A stretch of DNA of 32,000 nucleotides from Streptomyces xinghaiensis S187 (GCF_000220705.2 NZ_CP023202.1:4704187-4736186), one strand, 5' to 3'. Shown: positions 9,082-18,402, numbered from the stretch's first letter. Program-made: numbers and translations. Notes: a model not told the origin generated them from the letters alone.

Positions 9082-9626
9082 GAGACGAACTCCGCCTCAG
9101 CACGCAGTGTGCCGTTGGTGAACCGTCCACCGTTGGACCAGTACTTGATGGTGAATGTCTTGCCGGGTTCCAGGTCGCCGGTGTCAATGAACGTCGCCCC
9201 ATTGGCGCCGTCGCAGTGATTTTTCTTCTTGGTGCATACCCAGTCCCATGTCACCCGCGAAGGGCCTTCGAGGATCTCAATCCAGTCCCACTCCGAGTAC
9301 GGGCTGCGATGGGAAGGGCCGATCCAGTGAACGGATACACCGGTCATCCCAGGTGCCTGACTTGGTGCCGCGTCAACGATCAGAAAGTCTGTGTTGATCG
9401 AAGCGGCTCGCGCCTTGTCGCCTGCCTCTGAAGATCGCGTGGACAACGAATCGTCGTTCGTCCCGACCTCCCTCTCACCTCGGTCACGCTCCTCGGCGGC
9501 GGGCACGCCAGGCTTGGCGTTGACCTGCCCCACCGAGCTGCCAGGCCCCAAAGCAACGATTGCCGTGACCGTGACGATGACAAAGACGCCGGCTGCAACC
9601 CTGCGCCGAACACTCATTCTTTTCAT
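9078..9626 (-). CDS. Secreted/anchored hypothetical protein, translationally coupled partner of the RIP
   Basis: MKRMSVRRRVAAGVFVIVTVTAIVALGPGSSVG leader; C-terminal beta-rich-looking module WDWIEILEGPSRVTWDWVCTKKKNHCDGANGATFIDTGDLEPGKTFTIKYWSNGGRFTNGTLRAEAEF; stop overlaps RIP start. Confidence 0.8.
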   Translation of the reverse strand: MKRMSVRRRVAAGVFVIVTVTAIVALGPGSSVGQVNAKPGVPAAEERDRGEREVGTNDDSLSTRSSEAGDKARAASINTDFLIVDAAPSQAPGMTGVSVHWIGPSHRSPYSEWDWIEILEGPSRVTWDWVCTKKKNHCDGANGATFIDTGDLEPGKTFTIKYWSNGGRFTNGTLRAEAEFVS

Positions 9627-9990
9627 GCAGTGTTCCCTAGCTTCGGGGACGAGGCCGTCCCATCCTGATCAGTACGGTGGCTGTCCACCACTGCACCGAA
9701 GACTCACAACTACTCGTACCTCCACCAGAACGCATCCCATCCGCGTTGTGCCATTCCCGGACGCGTGTCCATGCTCGTCACTGCCGCACTGTGGTCGCAT
9801 CGGCCATCGTCTGCGGGAGACGTCAGCCGGCGGGACCGCTGTGCGGAAATGAAGGCGGTCTTGCCGTGGTGGCCATCTCACCTTGACCGAAGCGGCCCTC
9901 ACATCACCAGAGGTCTGAGGGAGAATGGGATGTCAGAACGTTCCACCCTGGTTGTCCTGCAGGAATGCGGGTCGGTGGGATAGCCTCTGA

Positions 9991-10013
9991 AACGCAACGC
10001 AACGCAACGCAAC
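9991..10013. repeat. Pentanucleotide tandem repeat (AACGC)x4 plus AAC
   Basis: aacgcaacgcaacgcaacgcaac directly upstream of the HTH-hemopexin gene. Confidence 0.95.
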
Positions 10014-10064
10014 ACAGCACGGCAAGAGGCCCGGAGCCCGGACATCATGTAAGCGGGGGCACTT

Positions 10065-11348
10065 ATGACGGATGCCGAAGTGGGTGGCTTGGCGGAGCTC
10101 CTCCAGGAGCTGAAGGGGCGCACTCCCTTCAGCTACAGCGCCCTTGCCAAGCGGCTGGGGACAAGCCCTTCCACACTCCACCGGTACTGCCACGGCACCA
10201 GCGTGCCCACCGACTACGCTCCCATCGAGCGCTTCGCCCGCCTGTGCAAGGCCACCCCCGCCGAACTGAGCGAGTTACACCGCCGATGGGCCAGGGCATA
10301 CGCCCACCGCGCATCCGCCGTGCCGACAACTCCCCTCCCTCAAGATCCGGAAGGCGAGCCTGTTCCCCGTCCCCCTTCCTCTCCGGGACGACCTGGACAC
10401 CACGCTCCGCAGCCTGATCGAACCCCTGGAATCAGCCTGCGTCGACGTCGTCTGCTTTCCCCGGTCGTGATCTCGGCCGCCGTACTCCTCGTCGGCGGCA
10501 TCACCGCAGGATTGCTCTCGAACCGCTCGACGGACGGGGCGCGGGGCGGAACCGCGGATGCGGCCCCTGACGAGAAGCCTCCAGCGTCCCATCACGCCCC
10601 GCCACCCGACTCACCCACCCACATTGATGCGGCACTTCCCACACCGGACAGCCTTGACCGTGATGGCCTGGACCGTGCGCCGGACAAGTACTGGCTCTTC
10701 TCCAGCGATCACTACATCCGGGTTCGCCTCTCCACGGAGCAGCACTCAACCAACCCCGTGCATGACCAGTTGACACCTGTCTCACCAATCGTCCGATGGA
10801 CCGGAACTCTCAATAAATTTCCAGAGTTCCGGAGCGGCATCGACGCGGCGCTGCATGTCCCGGGTCATCAAAACGAGTACTGGGTGTTCTCGAGGGATAA
10901 GTACATGCGAATCAGGATCGCCGACACCCCGCCGTACTACGAGGACACGCTGCTGGACGGCCCCAAGCCGATCAGTGATGATTGGAAGAATATTTTTAGA
11001 GGTCTCCGACTCCACGACATCGATGCTCTGATGCCGGTGCCGGACGATCCGGAGCAGGTATGGGTGTTCGCTGGAGAAAAGTACGCCCGGGTAAAAATCG
11101 GCGTAGAAACTTCGAGCAGGAAACCCAATGGAAGAGTAAAAACGGGCCCGATGAATATCGGCGAGGGGTGGAAGAGTACTTTCGGTAGTACTCCAGGATT
11201 CAAAAACGGTATCGATGAGGTGGTGCCCGTGCCAGGAGATCCGAATAAGTACTGGGTTTTTTCGGGAGCGCAATACATGAAGATCAACGTGACCGATACC
11301 GAGTACATGGACACGGTGGATCAAGCCCCCCGAAAGCTCTCACTCTGA
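10065..11348 (+). CDS. N-terminal HTH (XRE-type), single transmembrane segment, C-terminal hemopexin-like four-repeat domain
   Basis: HTH: FSYSALAKRLGTSPSTLHRYCHGTSVPTDYAPIERFARLC; TM: LLSPVVISAAVLLVGGITAGLL; four repeats: IDAALPTPDS..DKYWLFSSDHYIRVRL, IDAALHVPGHQNEYWVFSRDKYMRIRI, IDALMPVPDDPEQVWVFAGEKYARVKI, IDEVVPVPGDPNKYWVFSGAQYMKINV. RBS gcgggggc upstream. Confidence 0.88.
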   Translation: MTDAEVGGLAELLQELKGRTPFSYSALAKRLGTSPSTLHRYCHGTSVPTDYAPIERFARLCKATPAELSELHRRWARAYAHRASAVPTTPLPQDPEGEPVPRPPSSPGRPGHHAPQPDRTPGISLRRRRLLSPVVISAAVLLVGGITAGLLSNRSTDGARGGTADAAPDEKPPASHHAPPPDSPTHIDAALPTPDSLDRDGLDRAPDKYWLFSSDHYIRVRLSTEQHSTNPVHDQLTPVSPIVRWTGTLNKFPEFRSGIDAALHVPGHQNEYWVFSRDKYMRIRIADTPPYYEDTLLDGPKPISDDWKNIFRGLRLHDIDALMPVPDDPEQVWVFAGEKYARVKIGVETSSRKPNGRVKTGPMNIGEGWKSTFGSTPGFKNGIDEVVPVPGDPNKYWVFSGAQYMKINVTDTEYMDTVDQAPRKLSL

Positions 11349-11788
11349 GGAATCTTCCCAGCCTCGATGTTTCGTGACGGTCCGTCGGCGGAGTCGGCGG
11401 ACCGTACCATCGCGTTCGCGGTATAGCGCTTAGTACTCCAGTCCGGTTTCGCGATCTGGCCGGTGGGTTCGTCAGCCGACCGTCGTCGGGCCACGCCTCG
11501 GCCGCGTCGGCGTCCAGCACCCGGCACGGCGAACGCGTGCTGATTCTCGCACTATCCGAATTCGGTATCGTGCGCCATTTTGTTCGTGGTATTACCATCC
11601 GGCGTCAGGGTGAAACGGCGCAATGGTGCACCGGGGGGAAGTGCGACCTCACGCAGGATTTTCCGTCAGCGCCACCGTGCTCCTTTTCGATGGTCCCGGA
11701 ACCGGTTGACGATGCCGAAACGAGCGCACCATAAACACGTCCGCACGGGCCGGAATTCGGCCCGGCAGTGATGAGACAGGAGTTGCAC

Positions 11789-12202
11789 ATGGCTCAGGAA
11801 GTCGTGGCCACGTTTGCTGGTCCACTCAGCTCGTTCTCCGTCAACCTCACCATCAACAATGGAAGCGGCGCGCAGGTCCAGTCGTTCGGTATCAGCGGCC
11901 GTACCGCCAAGTTCCCCGTCACGTGGGACAGCATGGGCAGCTTCTCCGGCCCCGCGACGCTCACCAGCACGGTCGGCGTGAACACCGAGGTGGTGATCGC
12001 CAACTTCTCCGGGTTCGCCCCCGGGGAGCAGGTGGCGTTCAGCGGAATAGACCCCGACTTCACCGGCTCCGCGTCGGCCGGAGTGCGCATCCTCGACATC
12101 GCCGGGTCCCGGGCCTACGTCCTCTTCTCCGACGGAACGACGGCCTTCGGTGAGTTCGAGGCCACCACCGCGGGAACGCTCCGGGCGGTGATGTCGAAGT
12201 AG
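11789..12202 (+). CDS. Hypothetical protein, beta-rich
   Basis: ORF MAQEVVATFAGPLSSFSVNLTINNGSGAQVQSFGISGRTAKFPVTWDSMGSFSG... with AGGAG RBS about 7 nt upstream. Confidence 0.7.
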   Translation: MAQEVVATFAGPLSSFSVNLTINNGSGAQVQSFGISGRTAKFPVTWDSMGSFSGPATLTSTVGVNTEVVIANFSGFAPGEQVAFSGIDPDFTGSASAGVRILDIAGSRAYVLFSDGTTAFGEFEATTAGTLRAVMSK

Positions 12203-12482
12203 CCGGACCGTCAGGCGGGCGAAAGGCCGATGAGGGAACTCGGGGGGACCCTCCTTGGCCTTTTCGTCATGGAATTCGGTGGGCTCCTTGCGGGCAGCAG
12301 GATCCATTCCGGGTGAAACGGCTCGCGCCGGCCTTCCCGGCCGCCCTCGCCACCGACGGGCACTGAAGCGGTCCACCGGTGTCCGCACCGCCCGGCTCGC
12401 AACAGCGAACCGATCTCCTCCACCGTCCCGGCCCGTGGTCTGGCCGGTCTCCGCTGCAGCACGCCGGACCGTGCTCGCTCGA

Positions 12483-13007
12483 TCACGGCCGCAGGCCGTC
12501 CGGGTCGCGCAGGTCGCGCAGGTCGCGCAAGTCGCGCAAGAAGCGGAGACCCGGGCGGCCGTCCAGTTCCGTTTCGCAGATTGCGGTGAAGCCCGTGCGG
12601 GCCAGTACGGCCCGGGAGCCCGCGTTGTCGAGGGTGGTCGCGGCGTGCAGCGTCGTCAGGCCGTACTCCGTGGCCGCGAGAGTGCACACCTCGCGGACGG
12701 CTGCCGTGGCCAGGCCCCGTCCGGTGGCCCGCTCGGCGATGCGGTAGCCGAGCTCCGCCGAACCGTCCGTTGCCGCGTCGACCAGGTTGACGCGGCCCAG
12801 TACCTCACCGTCGTCGTCCACCAGGACGTGGAAGAAGCAGACGCCCGCGGCCTGCTCCTCCAGGAGTGCGCGGTGGCGGGCGTCGAAGTGCGCGAAGTAG
12901 GCGTCGCCGCGGTCGGGGACGGCGGCGGCGAAGAAGGCCCGGTTCTCCCGTTCGAACCCGAGGACGGCGGAGGCGTGATCGGGACGGAGAAGCTGGAGCC
13001 GCGGCAT
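12483..13007 (-). CDS. GNAT-family N-acetyltransferase (RimJ/RimL-like)
   Basis: GYRIAERATGRGLATAAVREVCTLAATEYGLTTLHAATTLDNAGSRAVLARTGF. Confidence 0.93.
   Translation of the reverse strand: MPRLQLLRPDHASAVLGFERENRAFFAAAVPDRGDAYFAHFDARHRALLEEQAAGVCFFHVLVDDDGEVLGRVNLVDAATDGSAELGYRIAERATGRGLATAAVREVCTLAATEYGLTTLHAATTLDNAGSRAVLARTGFTAICETELDGRPGLRFLRDLRDLRDLRDPDGLRP
12504..12539. repeat. 9-bp tandem repeat (GTCGCGCAG/A)x4
   Basis: gtcgcgcag gtcgcgcag gtcgcgcaa gtcgcgcaa, encoding the LRD repeats at the GNAT C-terminus. Confidence 0.9.
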
Positions 13008-13016
13008 CCCGTCAGG

Positions 13017-13712
13017 CTAGACGACGGGGTGGGGGTGCCGTGGGCGGCGCGGGGCCCCGGCTCCCGTCCGCCGCCACACCCAGAGCAGCATCAGTACGGA
13101 CGCCACCGCCGCGAACGCGCACCAGGTGGAGATGAATTCCGTCCGCCACAGCGTCCCGCAGACCACCGCGCCGGCCGCCATGACGGCACCGAGCAGCCGC
13201 AGCAGGCGGTCGGTGGACAGCAGCAGGGCGCCGAGCGTGGCCACCAGATACCCGGCGAGGACCAGCGGCAGCAGCGGTACGTCGACGGCATAGCCGATGG
13301 TGCGGCCGCGCACCTCGGCCGTGACGGTCCCCGTGGCCAGGGAGTACGCGAGGACGGCCGTGGTGGCGCAGCCGGCCGCGACCGTTACGGCCCGGAGGAC
13401 CGGAACGACGGTGAGCCCTTCGGTTGCCCGCCCGGGCCGGAGGCCCGTACCCGCCCGATCGGCGAGCAGCACGCCGAGCGGGATCCACAGTGGCAGCAGG
13501 GGCAGTGCGATCGCCGCCCAGGCGAGGGCGAGAGGGCCGGAGCCGCCGCCGTGGCGCCAGAGATACGACTCGATGATCTGGTGGGCGCCGAGCAGCAGCG
13601 GCAGAGCGGCGAGGGGCAGATCGCCGCCGCGGCGCACTCCGGCCAGCGTGGCCACGCCGACCGCGCAGATGCCCGAGCCCGTCACGAGATCGGCCGTCGC
13701 ACTCCAGCACAT
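13017..13712 (-). CDS. Integral membrane protein (DUF6629-like)
   Basis: MCWSATADLVTGSGICAVGVATLAGVRRGGDLPLAALPLLLGAHQIIESYLWRHGGG with repeated hydrophobic segments. Confidence 0.85.
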   Translation of the reverse strand: MCWSATADLVTGSGICAVGVATLAGVRRGGDLPLAALPLLLGAHQIIESYLWRHGGGSGPLALAWAAIALPLLPLWIPLGVLLADRAGTGLRPGRATEGLTVVPVLRAVTVAAGCATTAVLAYSLATGTVTAEVRGRTIGYAVDVPLLPLVLAGYLVATLGALLLSTDRLLRLLGAVMAAGAVVCGTLWRTEFISTWCAFAAVASVLMLLWVWRRTGAGAPRRPRHPHPVV

Positions 13713-13904
13713 GGCACCACCCGGGGAACGGAGGCCGGGACACCGCCGTCCCCACGCTAGGCGACCACGGGGTACCCGGCCACCGGGGCTTCCTCCCCCC
13801 GGCGCGGCGGTGGACGGACCACCGGGCGCCGCCGGGGGCACGGGGTTCGCGGCCGGGATGGTTTGCTCCGAATGGCACGGTCGACATGAGTGTGCCCGCT
13901 GCGC

Positions 13905-13918
13905 TTTCCTGTGCAGTG
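13905..13918 (+). promoter_or_regulatory. Candidate shared motif TTTCCTGTgcAGTG upstream of flK
   Basis: Matches TTTCCTGTctAGTG found upstream of flA (17023-17036) at 12 of 14 positions. Confidence 0.3.
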
Positions 13919-13955
13919 CGAATGTTGTGGCGAGTTGCCTACGAGGAGTCATGGG

Positions 13956-14396
13956 ATGCGGGAAGGCCTGCTCACCGGAGAGAAGTTCACTCATCGCTAC
14001 CGTGTCCCCCGGGACAAGACGGTTCCGCACCTGTACCGGGAGTCCCCGGAGTTCTCCACGTTCCCGGAGGTCTTCGCCACCGGGTTCATGGTGGGACTGA
14101 TGGAGTGGACCTGTGTCCGTGCGATGGAGCCCTACCTGGAAGCGGGAGAAGGCAGCCTCGGCACCGCGATCTGCGTAGCGCACACCGCCGCGACGCCGCC
14201 CGGGTTCACGGTCACGGTCACGGCCGAACTCCTGGGCATCGAGGGGCGGCGGCTGAAATGGCAGGTGACGGCACACGACGGGGTGCACGAGATCGGTGCG
14301 GGGACCCATGAACGCGCCGTGATCGACGTCGAGCGCTTCACCACGAGTCTGGAGAAGAAGATCGGCCGTGCCTCCGTGGAGACCGGGGAGAGCTGA
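13956..14396 (+). CDS. flK: Fluoroacetyl-CoA thioesterase (FlK)
   Basis: MREGLLTGEKFTHRYRVPRDKTVPHLYRESPEFSTFPEVFATGFMVGLMEWTCVRAMEPYLEAGEGSLGTAICVAHTAATPPG closely matches recalled S. cattleya FlK; catalytic Thr, Glu, His and Arg positions present; GAGGAG RBS. Confidence 0.95.
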   Translation: MREGLLTGEKFTHRYRVPRDKTVPHLYRESPEFSTFPEVFATGFMVGLMEWTCVRAMEPYLEAGEGSLGTAICVAHTAATPPGFTVTVTAELLGIEGRRLKWQVTAHDGVHEIGAGTHERAVIDVERFTTSLEKKIGRASVETGES

Positions 14397-14593
14397 CCGG
14401 TGTCCGCCGGTACCCCGCCGGGCGTGCGGTGCCTCACGGCGTTGCCGGATCTCCCGCGTGCGCCCGCCGGACACGGGAGATCCGCCGCCGCGCCGCGGCC
14501 GCTGCCGGACAGTGCGCCGCGGCCCGGTGCGGGAGGGCGGCCACCACCCGCGCGGGACTGCCGGCGGAGTACGGGCGGGGGGCGGAGCGCTTC

Positions 14594-14923
14594 ATGAGTC
14601 TGCCGGGTCCGGCGGTCAGGGTCACCGTGTTCGTCTCGGAGATGGACACCCGTGACGGGACGCCGCTGTGCGCCGAGATCCTCCGCGCGGCGCGTGAGTG
14701 CGGGCTGGCCGGCGCCACGGTGTCACGGGGCGTCGAGGGCTTCGGCCGGCCCTCGGTGCTGCACAGCGACCGGCTGCTGTCGTTCAGCGACGACCTGCCC
14801 CTGCTGATCACCATCATCGATGCCGAGGAGCGGATCCAGGCGTTCCTGGAGGGTGCCGAACATCTGCTGGCCGGCAGCCTGGTCGTCCTGGACGAGGTCC
14901 GGGCCTACCGGACCGGGCCCTGA
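14594..14923 (+). CDS. DUF190 family protein (copy 1)
   Basis: VRVTVFVSEMDTRDGTPLCAEILRAARECGLAGATVSRGVEGFGRPSVLHSDRLLSFSDDLPLLITIIDAEERIQAFL. Confidence 0.85.
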   Translation: MSLPGPAVRVTVFVSEMDTRDGTPLCAEILRAARECGLAGATVSRGVEGFGRPSVLHSDRLLSFSDDLPLLITIIDAEERIQAFLEGAEHLLAGSLVVLDEVRAYRTGP

Positions 14924-15247
14924 CCCTCCGTCGCTTCCTCCGAGCTCGGTGTCCGGCTCGGTTCGTCCGCGTACCCCGGCCGGGCCGGGCGCGGCTTTCC
15001 CACGGGCCGCCCTCCGAAGCGCCGGCCGGCCAGGGCGGCGAGGACGATCATCGCGCCTCCCGTGCCCTGGATCAGGCCGATGTGCTGCCCGGCGGCGACG
15101 GCGAACACGGCGGCGAAGAGCGGTTCGGTGGCCAGGATCAGGCCCACCCGGGCCGAACTGGAGCCGCGGGCCGCCCGGAGCTGGATGAAGAAGGCGTAGA
15201 CGTACCGGGACCGCCGGGATCGGATAAGGGCATGTGCGGCTCATCGG
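14905..15247 (-). pseudogene. C-terminal remnant of an EamA/DMT-family permease
   Basis: Minus frame reads YVYAFFIQLRAARGSSSARVGLILATEPLFAAVFAVAAGQHIGLIQGTGGAMIVLAALAGRR; N-terminal helices absent. Confidence 0.55.
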
Positions 15248-15358
15248 ACTGGTGAGAGCGCCTCTGCGGCGTTCGGTAAACTGTCTGCATTGACTATTAT
15301 GCCGAACGCCGCAGAGCGGTAAAAACCCTCGCCGGAGCCTGGTGCCGGGAGGGTGCGG

Positions 15359-15856
15359 TCAGACCGCTGGTGCCGCGATCGGCTCCAGCCGGGGCGAGGT
15401 GATGGCGGCGTAGTCCTTCACCCGCAGAGCCATGGAACGGTCCAGCCGCGCCGCGTTGAAGAAGATCTCCTCCTTCTCCAGCAGGGACGGATCCACGATC
15501 AGTTCCAGGTCGGGGTGGAAGGAGAAGGGCAGAATCGCCCCCGCCACGCTCCCCGCCAGGCGCTCCGCGGTCTCGGCGTTCGCGAACGACACGTAGGTGC
15601 CGCCCAGCAGCCGCTTGATGCCGTTCAGATCGACGCGCGCGTCACCGGGGACGACGGCGAGCACGTACTTGGTCACCTTCTTGCCCAGCTTCACCATCAC
15701 CACGATGCACTTCGCGGCGTCGGCGACATCATTGCCCCTCATCGGGCTGACGATCTCGGTGCGTCCCTCCGGCTCGTGGTCGATCAGCCGGTATTCGGCA
15801 CCGTGGTGGTCGAGCAGCTCCACCAGCTTTTCGTACAGGTCCAGACCGGTTTCCAA
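15359..15856 (-). CDS. YbaK/EbsC-type aminoacyl-tRNA deacylase (trans-editing domain) protein
   Basis: METGLDLYEKLVELLDHHGAEYRLIDHEPEGRTE...DAAKCIVVMVKLGKKVTKYVLAVVPGDARVDLNGIKRLLGG...LPFSFHPDLELIVDPSLLEKEEIFFNAARLDRSMAL. Confidence 0.85.
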   Translation of the reverse strand: METGLDLYEKLVELLDHHGAEYRLIDHEPEGRTEIVSPMRGNDVADAAKCIVVMVKLGKKVTKYVLAVVPGDARVDLNGIKRLLGGTYVSFANAETAERLAGSVAGAILPFSFHPDLELIVDPSLLEKEEIFFNAARLDRSMALRVKDYAAITSPRLEPIAAPAV

Positions 15857-15982
15857 CGGACGCCTCTCAGTGGGTGCGGCACGGGGAATGGGTGACGGAG
15901 GTGCGGTGTGCCGCCGCTCCGCCCCGCCGCCCGCCCGAGGGGCGCGTCGAGTGCGAGGGCCCCTCGCCGGACGCGGGCCCGC

Positions 15983-16879
15983 TCACGTTACCGGGGCGAC
16001 GCGGTCGCGCAACAGCGTCGGCACCGGGGCCCCGGACGCCCTCGCGATGATCTGGCGGTCCGTCATGATGGCTCCGTCCAGGGCACGATGGCAGGAGCAC
16101 GAGGCCGGCTCCGTCGCCGCGGCGAACTCCGCGAGCACCCGCTGAGCGGCCGAGACATTGGCCGCCATCACCTCGGCGACGCTGTGGGCGTCCACCGAGT
16201 CGTGGCCGGGGTGCCAGCAGTCGTAGTCCGTGACGAGGGCGAGGGCGACGTAGCAGAGTTCAGCCTCACGGGCGAGCTTCGCCTCCGGCAGCGCGGTCAT
16301 GCCGATGACGTCCATGCCCCAGGAGCGGTAGAGCTCGGATTCGGCGCGGGTGGAGAACTGCGGTCCCTCGATGCAGCAGTAGGTTCCGGCGTCGTGGACC
16401 GTCGGGTGCACCACGTCCGCCGCCGCCTCCAGCTGCGGCCGCAACCGGACGCAGTACGGGTCGGCCAGCGACACATGGGCGACCATGCCGTCGCCGAAGA
16501 AGGAGCCCGGGCGCATACCCCGGGTTCTGTCGACGATCTGGTCCGGAACGACCATGTCGCCCGGGGCGAAGTCGCCGCGCAGACTGCCCACGGCGCTGAC
16601 GCTGATCACCTCGCGGACCCCGAGTGACTTCAGCGCGTAGATATTGGCCCGGGAGGGAATTCCGGACGGAGGGATGAAGTGCCCGCGGCCGTGCCGCGGG
16701 ACGAACGCGGCCCTGCGGCCTCCCGTGGTGCCGAGAACAAGCGGTCCGCTGGGGTCTCCGTACGGAGTCCTCAGCTCGATCTCCTCCACGTCCTCCAGGC
16801 CGTCGAAGGCGTATATTCCGCTGCCGCCAATGATCCCGAGATCGGCCGAGTGGAATGCCGCGCCTCTGGTTTCCCGCAT
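15983..16879 (-). CDS. flB: 5'-fluoro-5'-deoxyadenosine phosphorylase / MTA phosphorylase-family enzyme (FlB)
   Basis: LGIIGGSGIYAFDGLEDVEEIELRTPYGDPSGPLVLG...FVPRHGRGHFIPPSGIPSRANIYALKSLGVREVISVSAVGSLRGDFAPGDMVVPDQIVDRT...CIEGPQFSTRAESELYRSWGMDVIGMTALPEAKLAREAELCY; divergent from flA. Confidence 0.9.
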   Translation of the reverse strand: MRETRGAAFHSADLGIIGGSGIYAFDGLEDVEEIELRTPYGDPSGPLVLGTTGGRRAAFVPRHGRGHFIPPSGIPSRANIYALKSLGVREVISVSAVGSLRGDFAPGDMVVPDQIVDRTRGMRPGSFFGDGMVAHVSLADPYCVRLRPQLEAAADVVHPTVHDAGTYCCIEGPQFSTRAESELYRSWGMDVIGMTALPEAKLAREAELCYVALALVTDYDCWHPGHDSVDAHSVAEVMAANVSAAQRVLAEFAAATEPASCSCHRALDGAIMTDRQIIARASGAPVPTLLRDRVAPVT

Positions 16880-17022
16880 AACGCAAACCTCCGGACATCG
16901 CGAGTGAGTCCCCAGACAGGCTAGTGGTTTTGCGGGAGAAATTCATGGGCCGAAGGTGGTGATGCCTTCTGCGCCTTTCGTTGCAGACCGCATAGCACCT
17001 ACGCCCAATTACTTTTCCCCGG

Positions 17023-17036
17023 TTTCCTGTCTAGTG
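17023..17036 (+). promoter_or_regulatory. Candidate shared motif TTTCCTGTctAGTG upstream of flA
   Basis: Located in the flA-flB divergent intergenic region; same motif upstream of flK. Confidence 0.3.
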
Positions 17037-17061
17037 TTGTGATCGCTGGAAATGCCCGTGA

Positions 17062-17982
<921 letters not shown>

Positions 17983-18077
17983 CGCCGCACCGGGTCGGCC
18001 GCCGCCAGAGCACTGGCCGGCGGCCGGCCTGGTGTCCTGTCCGGACGCCGCGACGGCCGGCCGGCGGGAAAGCCGGC

Positions 18078-18365
18078 GTGGTGCGGGTGGCGACCAAGGA
18101 CGGCGGCGTGCTGGTGCTTCCCCCGCAGGAGTACGGAAGCGTGGCCCTGACCGAGGCCGAGGCCGTGGCGGAGGCGGCCGGCAAGAGCCGGATGACGTAC
18201 GTCCGCCGTCATGGCCTCGTCTTCTGGGCAACGGAGTACGAGGAGTGCCGGGAGATGGTGGAACGGCTCGGCGGGGGGCGGCCCGCGGCCGCTGAGGAGG
18301 CCGTGCCGTCCTGCCCCGGGCCGGGCCCGGGGCGGGCTTCCCTACGCTCTACGAGGAAGCAGTGA
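18078..18365 (+). CDS. Small hypothetical protein
   Basis: 95-aa ORF MVRVATKDGGVLVLPPQEYGSVALTEAEAVAEAAGKSRMTYVRRHGLVFWATEYEECREMVERLG. Confidence 0.35.
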   Translation: MVRVATKDGGVLVLPPQEYGSVALTEAEAVAEAAGKSRMTYVRRHGLVFWATEYEECREMVERLGGGRPAAAEEAVPSCPGPGPGRASLRSTRKQ

Positions 18366-18402
18366 TCAGCTGTTGGGGAGCGACGGAAGAGAGATCCGCC
18401 AT

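Noticed and set aside
7842-9219. ORFs overlapping the RIP (7842..8390 -, 8158..9219 +)
   Set aside because: The RIP frame carries clear catalytic motifs and a coupled partner; the others are shadows.
11666-12388. 240-aa minus-strand ORF
   Set aside because: Antisense to the better-supported 11789-12202 gene with RBS.
13012-13887. 291-aa minus-strand ORF MSTVPFGANHPG... and 12255..13760 plus ORF
   Set aside because: Out-of-frame relative to the membrane protein MCWSATADLV... (13017-13712); Arg-rich composition.
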